64,000 nucleotides of DNA. Origin: Octopus sinensis (taxonomy: Eukaryota). Shown piece by piece: positions 11,954 to 24,520 of the stretch. Position numbers and translations under genes: made by a program. Below the pieces are notes generated by a model. It saw nothing but the letters and a program-made list of their open reading frames with translations, ran no database searches and had not been told where the DNA came from. Position 1 is the stretch's first letter; every line of letters begins with the position of its first letter. The DNA lies in NCBI RefSeq assembly GCF_006345805.1, contig NC_043014.1:15376001-15440000 (forward strand), read 5' to 3'.

Positions 11954-13280
11954 TATAATACATACATATCTATATACATATGTATATATATAATACATAT
12001 ATATATTATCCATACATATATATACACATATATATATACATATATATACATACATATATATATATACACATATATATACATATATATACACATATATATA
12101 CATATATATATACATATACATATATATATATACTACTACTACTACTACTATGGCAATCCCTCAAGGTCGAGGATGATGGTCTTCGCGCAAATTTATTGGT
12201 GAGTCCGCAGGTGACTGATAAGACCAATTCTTGCTCGAAAAGATCGGTCACAGTGCGGACATCTAGTGCCGGAAGGGAGAGTCGCACGTGGTTGTATTGG
12301 CGCTCCTTCCGTCGTCGTCTTTTCTCCTCCAGCTCTGCAGACCTTTTCGACTCGAAATTCGCCGTTCCCTCATGGATGGTGGTTTTCCAGAGTGGTCTGT
12401 TTTTTGCCGTTTCTTCCCAGTTGGTGAAGTCAATGTCACACTTTTTGAGGTTCGATTTCAGGGAGTCCTTGTAGTGTTTCTTCTGGCCTCCTTTTGTACG
12501 CTTGCCGTCTTTGAGTTGGGAGTAGAAGATCTGTTTGGGAAGTCGTTCGTCAGTCATTCTAACCACGTGGCCGCTCCATCTTAGTTGGCCTTTGATGACA
12601 TAGGCTTCGATGCTGGTCATTTTTGCTTCTTGTAGCACGCTGACGTTAGTTCTTCTGTTTTCCCAGCTGATGTTGAGGATCTTCCGAAGACAGCGTTGGT
12701 GAAATTTCTCGAGCGTTTTCAGGTGGTGACTATACGGGGTCCAGGTTTCGGATGCGTAAAGGAGGGTTGGAATAATGACTGCCCTGTACACCATGAGTTT
12801 GGTATCGGTTCGGATGTCCCGATCAGCAAAAACTCTTGTTCGAAGCTTGCCGAAAGCTGTTCCTGCATACTTCAGACGGTGTTGGATTTCATCGCTGAGG
12901 TCTACCTTTGCTGACAGATGGCTCCCAAGGTAGCAGAAGTGGTTCACATTTTCCAGTGGATTTCCTTCGAGTTGAATCGATGGCGGGTTGTCAACACGGG
13001 CATTGGGGGGAGGTTGGTAGAGTAAGTGAGTCTTCTTGATGTTGATGCTCTGTCCAAGTTTAGTATATGCATGATGAAAAGCATTTAGGATCTGTTGGAG
13101 GTGATCCTCTCTGTGAGCTGCTACACTGTTGTCGTCGGCATATTGGAACTCTAGCAAGCTTCGCACCATTGTCTTTGACGTACTGTTGAGGCGAGCGAGG
13201 TTGAAAAGCTTGCCGTCCATTCTGTACGAGATCTCGTATATGTATATATATGTGTATATATATATATGTATATATATATG

Positions 13281-13339
<59 letters not shown>

Positions 13340-13481
13340 ATATGTTGTGTGGTGTGTGTATATATATACATATGTATAATATATAGTATGTATATATTAT
13401 ATATATATGTATGTATATGTTCTATATATACATATATATATATATAGATCTCATTATATATATATATACATATGTATATAT

Positions 13482-13513
<32 letters not shown>

Positions 13514-13746
13514 CTATATAATATATACATATATATATACATAATATATTACAATATATATATACATATACATACATATATAATATATATATACATACAT
13601 ATATATATATATACATATGTATATATATACACATATATATACATATATATACACATATATATACATATATATATACAATATAATAACATATACATATAAT
13701 AATATAATACAAATATATATACATATACTATATATATATATATACA

Positions 13747-13800
<54 letters not shown>

Positions 13801-13853
13801 ACATATACATCATATATAATGCATATATATTCGCACATATATGTGTGTATATG

Positions 13854-13888
<35 letters not shown>

Positions 13889-13929
13889 CATACACATACA
13901 CACACACACACCACACACACACACATAAT

Positions 13930-13971
<42 letters not shown>

Positions 13972-13980
13972 CACACGCAT
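11896..13980. repeat. Long (TA)n/(TACA)n microsatellite field hosting a LINE insertion
   Basis: Direct reading. Confidence 0.9.
12131..13236 (-). mobile_element. Young 5'-truncated RTE-clade (BovB-like) LINE: RT C-terminal half, C2H2 finger, short 3' UTR and (TAG)n tail
   Basis: About 310 stop-free codons with QYADD, YLGS, LLYASETW, LRWSGHV and RLPKQIFY motifs; after a frameshift near 12290, [22 protein letters not shown] (stop at 12193-12195). Confidence 0.95.
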
Positions 13981-14311
13981 ACATACGGAATATACACACA
14001 CATACATGCAGAATCGTTAGCACGCCAGGCGAAATGCTTAGTGGTATTTGAACTCCTAACATTAAATGCGACATTGCTTTTCGGACAAAAACATCTCAGC
14101 ACATCTGGTAGGAGTTACGCATATTATTTAATAACAGTCTGATTCGGCTCCACGCAACTTAAATTTTCGTGGGCTCGTAAAATGAATCCATCACTTGAAG
14201 AGCTAGGTTCGTTTTACGAACGTTAAGTCGCATGAAGTCAAATCAAACTCACTAAATTACACACAAGCACACGCACACACACATATAAAGATGACTATAC
14301 ATTTATACATA

Positions 14312-14430
14312 TATGCTCGAAACGTAAAACAACTACTCCTTTCCTTCTCCGAGCGTCTTATTAATACTTTGCATGTACTACGTTCTCGTGTTGTTGCTTT
14401 TTTCTTGCTGTATTTTTCACCATTTCTAAA
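14312..14430 (+). mobile_element. 5'-truncated hammerhead-element copy (CCGACG family)
   Basis: UAUGCUC-GAAAC-GUA-AAAC followed by a tail homologous to 56346-56430. Confidence 0.55.
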
Positions 14431-15082
14431 ATTAATTACACACACACATACACATATATATAATACACATACGAATGTATGTGTTGAAAATCTTAGCATT
14501 TCTGCGTGTTCAATACACCATTCATCTGGTCGGTGGTCGACAATGAATAGGATCTTCATCATCATCATGATAACGGCGATGATAATGATGGTGACGTTGA
14601 TGGCAACAGATCATCATAATCATCATCATCATCATCATCATCGTTATTATGTGAATATTGTCGCTCCAGTGACTATCGTATTTTTGGAAATTTTCTCACC
14701 TCTATTCATTGCTGAAGATCTCAAAATTTGAGATTCCAAGGTCAGCTTTTTATTTGTTTATTTGTTTACCCTTTCTTAATATAAAAAGAAAGAAAAAATT
14801 CCCTGAGAAACTTGACATCATCTCAGAATCGGAGAAAATTAAAAACAAAACAACAACAAATCCGCGAAAAAAGTTTATCAACTTCATTCGTATGTTCCAG
14901 CACCGATTCACAACGTCAAGACTCGATCGTCTTCACATCATACCAACATATTTTAAACATTATCTTGAACACAAGGCTTATTGTTTCTCTCTGATCTTTT
15001 TTTACCCATTCCATTCATTGGATTGCGGCCATGCTGGAGCACCGCCATGGAGGGTTTTAGTCGAACAAATCTAACCCTACAT

Positions 15083-15500
15083 AGCTGTGCGTTAAAGAAG
15101 CCCGCTTTGCAGTTACGAGGTTTCTAGTCTAGTCCTACAGTGTGATATCTTGGGTAAGTACCATTATAATTCTGGACCGACCAATGACTTGTGAGTGAAC
15201 CTAGTAAGCAGAAAATGTATGGAAGCCCGTCGTTTGCATGTATGTGTATGTATATGTGTGTGTATGAGGGAGAGAGAGAGGGAGAAAGAGAGAGAGGGAT
15301 CTTGTGTTCGCCCCACTCCCGCTCGACAACCGATGCTGGTTTGCTTACGTTCTCGTAACCAATCGATTCGGCAAAAGAGATGAATAGAATAGGTACTACA
15401 CTTAACGAAAACGTATAGCCCAGAAGTCGATTTGTTTGACTGAAACCCCTCAAGGCGGCGCCCAGCATGGCCACAGTTTAACGACTGAAAACAAATAGTA
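15083..15500 (+). mobile_element. SINE-A, diverged
   Basis: SINE-A motifs. Confidence 0.7.
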
Positions 15501-16009
15501 GATACACCACTTTTATATGTCACCAAATCTTTTCTTTTTCGCTAATTCATTAATCCATTTATTCATTTAATTATATTTCATATTTCCCATTTGCTCACTA
15601 TGCGAATTATTTATATATTTACTCACCCGGTTAGAACGAGATCCACATAGCTACAGTTGGTCACCTGTAAAATAAAGCAAAAACAACGATGTTTATACAT
15701 GAGTTGATTATGACTACGTGAAAACAGATTTCTATATTTATTTAGTTAAACCCATCTCAGCTCTGATCCAGTAAACCTACTGCCAGTCTTTACCGCCCTG
15801 GCTTGTATTTCCAGGCATGGTTATGGCAAAACACTGATGAGGTAAAATGCATGATAACATAATGATTCTATATAGCTATGTAATTGTTTCAGTAATTTGA
15901 TGAAACGTGTGTATGTCCTATAAAACTTTGAATATCACAACTGTTATCTGCTTATTATTATTATTATTATTACAACACATAGAGACACACACATTCAACT
16001 CATATTCTC

Positions 16010-16211
16010 TTTTTTCTCTTTTACTTGTTTCAGTCATTTGACTGCGGCTTTGCTCGAGCACCGCCTTTAGTCGAGCAAATCGACCCCAGGACTTATTCTT
16101 TGTAAGCCTAGTACTTATTCTACCGGTCTCTTTTGCCGAATCGCTAAGTTACGGGGATGTAAACACACCAGCACCGGTTGTCAAGCGATGTTGCGGAGAT
16201 AAACATAGACT

Positions 16212-16243
<32 letters not shown>

Positions 16244-16430
16244 CATACATACATACATACATACATACGACAGGCTTCTTTCAGTTTCTGTCTACCAAAT
16301 TCACTCAGAAGGCTTTGGTCGGCCCGAGGCTATAGTAGAAGACACTTGTCCAAGGTGCCACGCAGTGGGAATGAACCCGGAACCATGTGGTTGGTAAGCA
16401 AGCTACTTAGCACACAGCCACTCCTGCGCC
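16010..16430 (-). mobile_element. SINE-A, full length
   Basis: SINE-A motifs. Confidence 0.9.
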
Positions 16431-16717
16431 ATATATATTAATGAATTAATGAATGACAAGTGAACAGGAATTTCGTAATCAACATCATTAACTTATAGCT
16501 GTTTCCGTTATAAAAAGCGGAGCACTTAGCGAACTGAGTGCCTTTGCCACATCTTATAGCTTACTCGGAGCCATTACAATGGAATATATACACAACTATG
16601 TCTGGAAATGTATTACAAAATTAAACACACACACGCACACATGTATGTATGTATGTATGTATGTATGTATGTATGTATGTATGTATGTATGTATGTATGT
16701 ATGTATGTATGTATGTA

Positions 16718-17055
16718 TGTCCAGTAAAGCTGGACTCAAGAGTTATCTTCGTAGTCATAAAGCGAGACAGATGAGTGACAACCTGGCCACTGGTGGTGGT
16801 GTAACACACCATACTAATCATATCTGTCGGGCATGTGGAAGAGAGTGTAATTCGACAGGAGGACTTAAACGACATGCAAAGGTACATGAAGCCCAGTTAC
16901 AACCACAGCCGGCTATTACCAGTAAAGGTTTTAGTAGCCAATTCTGTACAAGACATTGTAGATCTTTAGCTGGGCTAAAAAGTCATATTCGATCACAGCA
17001 CCAGTAACAGTTAAGCTTTGTGCAATGGCCATACTCGGGGCAGCCATAATAATGA
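16718..17055 (+). pseudogene. RTE-clade LINE 3' tip encoding tandem C2H2 zinc fingers
   Basis: ..KAGLKSYLRSH..CRACGRECNSTGGLKRHAKVH..FCTRHCRSLAGLKSHIRSQHQ*, then a short UTR ending GGCAGCCATAATAATG; flanked by (TATG)n on both sides. Confidence 0.65.
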
Positions 17056-17149
17056 TAATGTATGTATGTATGTATGTATGTATGTATGTATGTATGTGTG
17101 TGTGTGTGTGTGTGCGTGCGTGTGTGTGTTTAGCGTAAGGATAGAATAG

Positions 17150-18065
17150 AAATCCAAATCTCAGTGCTCATCCCCACCTATTCACCATAGTCCTGCAGGT
17201 CACCACGACTGGCTGTCATAGGGAACTCCTATACGCCGATGACCTAATACTGACCGTAAAATCGATAGGGGAATTAGAGGGGAAATTCTAGACATGATGA
17301 AGGTTTTAAGATAGAAGACACGACTAACATATCTTTACGGAAATAGTCTTGGTCAGTATGCAGAATAGAAAAAAGTATAAACCCCATATGCTTGTACGCA
17401 ATGTAAGTTATGAACACACAAGAGATGGAGTGGAATCACAAACGAACTAACAGAGAACATGAGCTTCGTATGTGATAGATGCACTGGAGTGGTACGTTCT
17501 ATGAGCACACTGGAAATAGATTCTCTTAAATGCTTTGTTTACTCACAAGAAGTAGTCGATAGTTTTTGTTACCTAAGAGATGTAACAAGCAAAGAAAATG
17601 GTTGCTTCGAAAGTATTGCAGCCAAGGTAGGAAAGGGTTGAAGAGAGTTCAGGAAGCTACCACCACTGCCGGCGACAAAAATCTTTCAACTTAGAGTGAA
17701 TGGAAGATGATATGTCTGCGATGTTTCATGGTAGTGAGACATGAGTCTTAAATGCAGAGGACTAGACAAAATGTAGAAAAGAAGTGAAGCTAGAATGCTC
17801 TGTTGAATACACAATGTAAATATGTAAATGAAAAAAAAAAACTGGGTATAAAAGGAATCAGATGGAGTATGGAAGAAAGAAACCGGTATGGACGTGTGAT
17901 GCGTATGGACAAGGACAACTATATTAAAAAGTGCTGGTGGCTTCACGCAGACCGTTTGCAAATGCGGCAAACCTAAGAAGACAGAACGAAGTGGTGACGG
18001 CTGATCTTAAGATCTTGAAATTCACAGAGGGGATGACAAAGGACCTGAATGTCTGGAGATATGAA
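17150..18065 (+). pseudogene. Decayed RTE-type LINE RT fragment with a Cys-rich insert
   Basis: ELLYADDLIL, FVCDRCTG and EVVDSFCYL motifs; multiple stops and frameshifts. Confidence 0.75.
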
Positions 18066-18560
18066 AGTGTGTATAGATAAACACACACACAATGACAGTA
18101 AGAGAGAGATGGGTGAGAAGGCATATATGGTATTTACTTATAAGTAAATACCATATTAAAAAAACAAAAAAACAAAAGCAATGTCAATGTCAAATGCGCT
18201 ACGTTTAAAATAGCGTGTTCGCACTCGTATTCAGCTAACAGGAGGAAACGACCGAGGGCGGTGATTCTCCGACTGTATGTTTGCATATGCTCATACACAC
18301 ACACACACACACAGACAGAGTGCTTTAGTTATTTCCTTTTGCATTTAAAGCTTGACATATTGTATATTTGCTTGTCATTTTTACGACTATTTTCTCGTCA
18401 GTAGGTGTGTATATGTGTGCGCATGCCTTGCGAGTGTGTGTATGTGTGTGCCCATTCCTGACCGATGCATGACTTCACCAGTGACAGTAATACAAAGTAT
18501 GTAAATGAAATGGGTGTGTGCCATTCTAATTTTAGCTCTTAATATATATAATATATACAT

Positions 18561-19554
18561 ATGGCTGTGTGGTAAGTAGCTTGTTTACCAACCACATGGT
18601 TCCGGGTTCAGTCCCACTGCGTGGCATCTTGGGCAAGTGCCTTCTGCTATAGCCTCGGGTCGACCAAAGCCTTGTGAGTGGATTTGGTAGACGGAAACTG
18701 AAAGAAGCCTGTCGTATATATGTATATATATATATATGTGTGTGTGTGTATATGTTTGTGTGTCTGTGTTTGCCTCCTCCCCCCACCATCGCTTGACAAC
18801 CGATGCTGGTGTTTACGTCCCCGTTACTTAGCGGTTCGGCAAAAGAGAACGATAGAATAAGTACTGGGCTTACAAAGAATAAGTCCGGGGTCGAGTTGCT
18901 CGATTAAAGGCGGTGCTCCAGCATGGCCGCAGTCAAATGACTGAAACAAGTAAAAGAAGTAAGAGATATATATATATAGGCGTAGGAGTGGGTGTGGTAT
19001 GTAGCTTGCTTACCAACCACATGGTTCTGTGTTCAGTCCCACTGGCGTGGCACCTTGGCCAAGTGTCTACTTCTTGGCCAACCAAAGCCTTGTGAGTGGA
19101 TTTGGTAGACGGAAACTGAAAGAAGCCTGTCGTATATATGTATATATATATATGTGTGTGTGTGTATATGTTTGTGTGTCTGTGTTTGCCCCCTCCCCCA
19201 CCATCGCTTGACAACCGATGCTGGTGTTTACGTCCCCGTTACTTAGCGGTTCGGCAAAAGAGACCGATAGAATAAGTACTGGGCTTACAAAGAATAAGTC
19301 CCGGGGTCGAGTTGCTCGATTAAAGGCGGTGCTCCAGCATGGCCGCAGTCAAATGACTGAAACAAGTAAAAGAGTAAAAGAGATATACATATATATATAG
19401 GCGTAGGAGTGGCTGTGTGGTATGTAGCTTGCTTACCAACCACATGGTTCTGTGTTCAGTCCCACTGCGTGGCACCTTGGCCAAGTGTCTACTTCTTGGG
19501 CCAACCAAAGCCTTGTGAGTGGATTTGGTAGACGGAAACTGAAAGAAGCCTGTC

Positions 19555-19606
<52 letters not shown>

Positions 19607-19797
19607 ATATATATGTTTGTGTGTCTGTGTTTGTCCCCCAGCATCGCTTGACAACCGATGCTGGTGTGTTTACGTTCCCGCAACTTAGTGGTTCGGCAAA
19701 AGAGACTAAAGATAAAGAATAAGTCCTGGGGTCGATTTGCTCGACTAAAGGCGGTACTCCAGCATGGCCACAGTCAGATGACTGAAACAAGTAAAAA
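18561..19797 (+). mobile_element. Three tandem near-full-length SINE-A copies (18561-18965, 18978-19382, 19398-19797)
   Basis: SINE-A motifs; the copies share private variants, suggesting local duplication. Confidence 0.9.
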
Positions 19798-19910
19798 AAA
19801 AATTTATATATATATATTTATAAGGCAAAGAGAGAAAAATATATATAGAGAGAGAGAGGGAGAGGGTGACAGACAAACTGATAGGGAGATAGATAGATAG
19901 AGAGATAGAG

Positions 19911-19973
<63 letters not shown>

Positions 19974-20359
19974 GCGAGAGAGAGAGAGAGAGAGAGAGAG
20001 ATAGTGTGATTGTTGTATAAAGCATGGTTGACACCAAAAGCATTAACGTATCATGCCTTTAAAGCTATTCATACACAGCGTGTCATAAGAATGTTTACTT
20101 TTTCACGGTGAGGTTTAAATTGCTTGTTTATGAAAACGTATTATTTTGCATTTCTAATTATTAAAACAAAACAAACAAAAAAAAACAGAAAAAGAAACTA
20201 ATGCGCAGTGCACAGTGAATTAATTTTTAATCAATTAAGTAATTGATTGGTTAATTAATCAATTTTGACAATGTATGTACTGCTATGTAATTTAGAATGA
20301 CCGGTTAAATTGATTTTTCGTTTGTGTACGTTCATAAATAATGATTCGATAGAAGTCGG

Positions 20360-20782
20360 GGCGATCTTTCGTCCCTAGTAGACCTTTCCGTCGATTTCCG
20401 TAAAAAAATTTTTTTTTTTACATATGGGCTTGCGGGAACTTTTGAAGTAATATACATACATATACACAACACACCGAGTAAAAAATTTCACTTATCTCTT
20501 TCTTTCACACATTACTCTGTCTCTTCACACACACTAACAGAAGCACTTCACTTACAACATACTTTCTGTCTCCCACACCCCATCAAAAACACACACACAC
20601 ACACATGTACATCAATGCTTCCCATGCACGGTAACTTCAAAAGAACTTCCCTCGTCATAAAATCGCTTCCTCTTAGTCTCTTTCGCTCTCATTACTTCAA
20701 AAGTTCCCGCAAGCCCATATGAAAAAAAAAAAAAATTTTTACGGAAATCGACGGAAAGGTCTACTAGAGACGAAAGATTGCC
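20360..20782. mobile_element. MITE with TIRs of about 92 bp and a 20-bp flanking direct repeat
   Basis: GGCGATCTTTCG..GAAGTAAT (20360-20451) is inverted at 20691-20782; AATGATTCGATAGAAGT(C/T)GG at 20340-20359 and 20783-20802. Confidence 0.85.
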
Positions 20783-21009
20783 AATGATTCGATAGAAGTT
20801 GGGTATACTTTCTCTGACGAAGATCTCACAAGAGTAGAATTTAGAACGACCCCACATACGGCGAAACAATTTCTTTGGCGCTTCTCCACAGAGTGAAAAT
20901 TTAGCTGTTTAAAAGTTACGGCTTACATTTCAAACGTATATCTGTGCGTGCGCACATGTATCTATTTATCTATGTATCTATCTATTTATCTAACTATATC
21001 TATATATAT

Positions 21010-21450
21010 AGGCGTGGATGTGTGGAAAGAAACTTGCTTCCCAACCACATGGTTCCGGGTTCAGTCCCATCGCGTGGCACCCTGAGCAAATGTCTTTTAC
21101 TATAGCCTTGGGCCGACCAAAGTCTTGTGGGTGGATCTCGAGCCCCGGCTTCACGGGGACCGGTGGGACGGTTTCGGTTTTGGTTACCCTCGTACAAGAA
21201 GGCATGCGCGAGCTGGGTGAGTATATATATACAACACACACACACACACACAAGTACATATCTGTGTTTGTCCCCCATCGCTTGATAACCGGTGTTGGTC
21301 TGTTTATGTCCTCCTAACTTAGCGGTTCGGCAAATTAAAACGATAGAATAAGTCCTGGAGTCGATTTGTTCGACTAAAAATAAAATCCTTCAAGGCGATG
21401 CTCCAGCATGGCCGCAGTCAAATAAAATGATTGAAATAAGAATAAAAGAA
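21010..21450 (+). mobile_element. SINE-A with a GC-rich internal replacement of about 85 bp (21136-21221)
   Basis: SINE-A head and tail flank unrelated sequence. Confidence 0.75.
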
Positions 21451-21537
21451 TTTGTTGACGTCATAAGAATTTATAAACGTTTGAGAGAACGTGAAATATT
21501 TCTTTTATTATCATTTTTTTTTTGTTTTGTTTGGTAG

Positions 21538-21666
21538 GATGAGGTGGAGTAGATCTGAAGACACTTAAAGCTAAAGATAACAGCAAGTAAATAGCGAGTT
21601 AAAAATCCGTTTAGGAAAGAAAATATCGAAGGCTGCCCGTCGACGGCTGTCATGTGTACAGGAAAT
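21538..21666 (+). other. Candidate non-coding exon
   Basis: Long T-rich tract and TAG acceptor (21535-21537); AAT|GTGAGT donor at 21667; all three frames are closed. Confidence 0.25.
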
Positions 21667-21989
21667 GTGAGTTCGTGTCCTACAGGCAGCCTTCGGCTTT
21701 TTCTATTTAAAAGGGTGATGCAACCCACTATTTACATGCTATTATTTACAGCTTTATGTGCTCCGAGAAGCACTGCTCCCTATACGTGTATGCGAACGTG
21801 TGTATTGTTTGGTATTTGATATACCTGCATTTATCTATGATGTTCATATGCATACCACCGGCCACTGAGTTATTTCTTTCACCTCATTTTTGTTTAAATT
21901 ATGCAAATTACCTTGTGATAGATGTGTTCAACTCGTTTTGTACAAATCTATGTCCTTTGGATACTGGAGAAAAAAGTTAGATGATTGTC

Positions 21990-22110
21990 GTGCTGGCGAA
22001 GGAAAAATGCCCGAAACATCAAAATTTACTTTTTGCATTCTCTGAGCGTTAAACTTATAAAGTTGGCCACGAACTCATCTCGTCTTTTTTCGTTCTTTTT
22101 GTTACGCTGT
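21990..22110 (+). mobile_element. Degenerate hammerhead-element copy
   Basis: CUGGCGA-A-GG..CC-GAAAC-AUC followed by the family tail ctgagcgttaaact..ctcgtctttttt. Confidence 0.45.
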
Positions 22111-22214
22111 CTGTCAAACTCTCTACACCTACAAACACACGAACACACATACACATGCATTTGAATCACAGTTAAGTTTACATACACTCACACACACACA
22201 CACAACTTCTTCAC

Positions 22215-22528
22215 TTCTCACTTGTTTCAGCCATTAAACTGCGGCCATGCTGGGGCACCGACCGCCTTAAATCTTTAGTCGAATGTATCGACTCCACTAC
22301 GGCAGTACTTTTTTTTTTTTTATAAGTCTGATACTTATTCTATCAGTCACTTTTGCCGAACCGCTAAGTTATGAGGACCTAAACACTAGCACTGGTTGTC
22401 AAGCGGGAGGGGGGGGGACGAAACAGACACAAAGACATACACGTAGGTATATATATATATATATATAGCATCGCTGACAACCGGTGCTAGTGTGATTGCG
22501 TCCTCATAACTTAGCGGTTCGGCAAAAG

Positions 22529-22565
<37 letters not shown>

Positions 22566-22625
22566 ATCACTTGACAACCGGTGCTAGTGGTGTTGCGTCC
22601 TCATAACTTAGCGGTTCGGCAAAAG

Positions 22626-22671
<46 letters not shown>

Positions 22672-22782
22672 TATAAATACACACACGACGGGCTTCTTTC
22701 AGTTTCTGTCTACCAAATCCACTCAAAAGGCTTTGGTCGGCCCGAGGCTATAAAAGACACTTGCCCAAGGTGTCACGCAGTG
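22215..22782 (-). mobile_element. SINE-A with two internal inverted duplications in its (TA)n tract
   Basis: 22350-22400 recurs inverted at about 22476-22528 and 22572-22626. Confidence 0.8.
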
Positions 22783-22899
22783 TATACACATACACAGTAA
22801 AACATATATACGTACATACATATACACACTTTATTTATACACATATATACGAAGATTTTAAAAGTTTCCAAGTAACAAATACATGATAATATTATGTAT

Positions 22900-23476
22900 A
22901 TATATATAAAAAAAAAGTATTTTTACTTTCTTTATAAACACATGAACCTTATATACGGAAAATAGTCGCAGAAAATGTATTACACACACGCATTATATAT
23001 ATACTTAATTACTAGACACCGGAAAATATTTATTGTAACAGTTACAGAAAAGAGTTATCGTAAATCATACGTATTTTATATGCATATATGCCGGTAGACA
23101 CATATAAAATAGCTATATAATAAAATAGAACTTAAGAAAACAGCTACTGCTATAGTAAAGCATATCACACACACACACGCTTAGACGCACTGAAAGTAGT
23201 TATAGTAAAAATATATATATATACACACTTTATGGACATATATGTACAAAACTCGCATACGTTATATATAGTAAACATACGCAACGAGAAAACTTGTACA
23301 CACAAACACACACACATACATGATATAAAAATATAGCGTGTTTTTACAAAAGCTATTTCCTGTGTACATATATGTGTGTGTATGTAAAGAGCGTGTGTGT
23401 TTACAAGAACTATTTTGTAGAAGCAGTTTATAGTAAAAATACTCTACGCACACATACAGTATACATAGAAAAATAC

Positions 23477-23513
<37 letters not shown>

Positions 23514-24520
23514 TTCTCTTTCTCTCACTCTCTCTACGCTCACACACCATAGGAATTTTATATACACATACAAACTGGTGTTTTTAAAAATAGTTATAGT
23601 AAAAAATACACACACGCGCGCAGACATACAATACTATACACACGCATACAAATTTATACAGACGCTTAGAAAACACACATACACAGGCAAAATTTATATG
23701 CATAGAAAATAATTATCAGAAATATACATGTACAAAGTTTCTGACACTTAGATAATAGTAATTTTATTAAAAAATACACACACACACTCACTAGACACCA
23801 CGTATAAAAACTTTTAGACGCATACATACATACATAGATACATACATACATTCTCAGACACTGAGAAAAGTTATTGTACAGGCGCAGGAGTGGCTGTGGG
23901 GTAAGTAGCTTGCTTACCAACCACATGCTTCCAGGTTCAGTCCCACCGAGTGGCACATTGGGCAAGTGTCTTCTACTATAGCCATGGGCCGACCAAAGAC
24001 TTGTGAGTGGATTTGGTAGACGGAAACTGAAAGAAAACCGTCATATATATGTATATGTGTGTGTGTACGTTTGTGTCTTGTTGTTACCCCCAACATCACT
24101 TGACAACCGATGCTGGTGTGTTTACGTCCCCGTAACTTAGAATAAGTACTAGGCTTACAAAGAATAAGTCCTGGAGTCGATTTGCTCGACTAAAGGCGGT
24201 GCTCCAGCATGGCCACAGACAAATAACTGAAATAAGTAAAAGAGTAATACACACACACATACATAGTAAGTACTCAGAAAATACTTATAGTAAAATACAC
24301 ACTCACACACGGATATACCGTATGTACACCAACACACACTATGTACACACACGCATACAACTTTATCAGAAGCTCAGGAAATAGTAATATTAAAAATACA
24401 CATATACGCAAATTTTATCGGCGCAGACAGGAAAGAGTGATAGTAAAACGTTCGCGTGCGCGCGCACACACTCACGTACAAGGAGACATTTTGAAACCAG
24501 CTATATAGTAAAACAGACAC
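22900..24520. repeat. Cryptic degenerate AC-rich repeat anchored by TATAGTAAA
   Basis: Motif at 23151, 23201, 23267, 23429, 23595, 24286 and 24504, generally followed by (CA)n-like sequence. Confidence 0.55.
23880..24245 (+). mobile_element. SINE-A
   Basis: SINE-A motifs. Confidence 0.9.

Noticed and set aside
12006-12290. C-terminal extension of the 404-aa ORF
   Set aside because: It is read-through after a frameshift into the UTR and microsatellite; the native end is the zinc finger stopping at 12193.
15834-15910. CTGATGAG as a hammerhead core (similarly 14712 and 20814)
   Set aside because: There is no correctly placed stem II followed by GAAA.
16490-16535. Minus-strand GAAACAGCUAUA resembling the 56899 ribozyme
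   Set aside because: The upstream core is too degraded to call.
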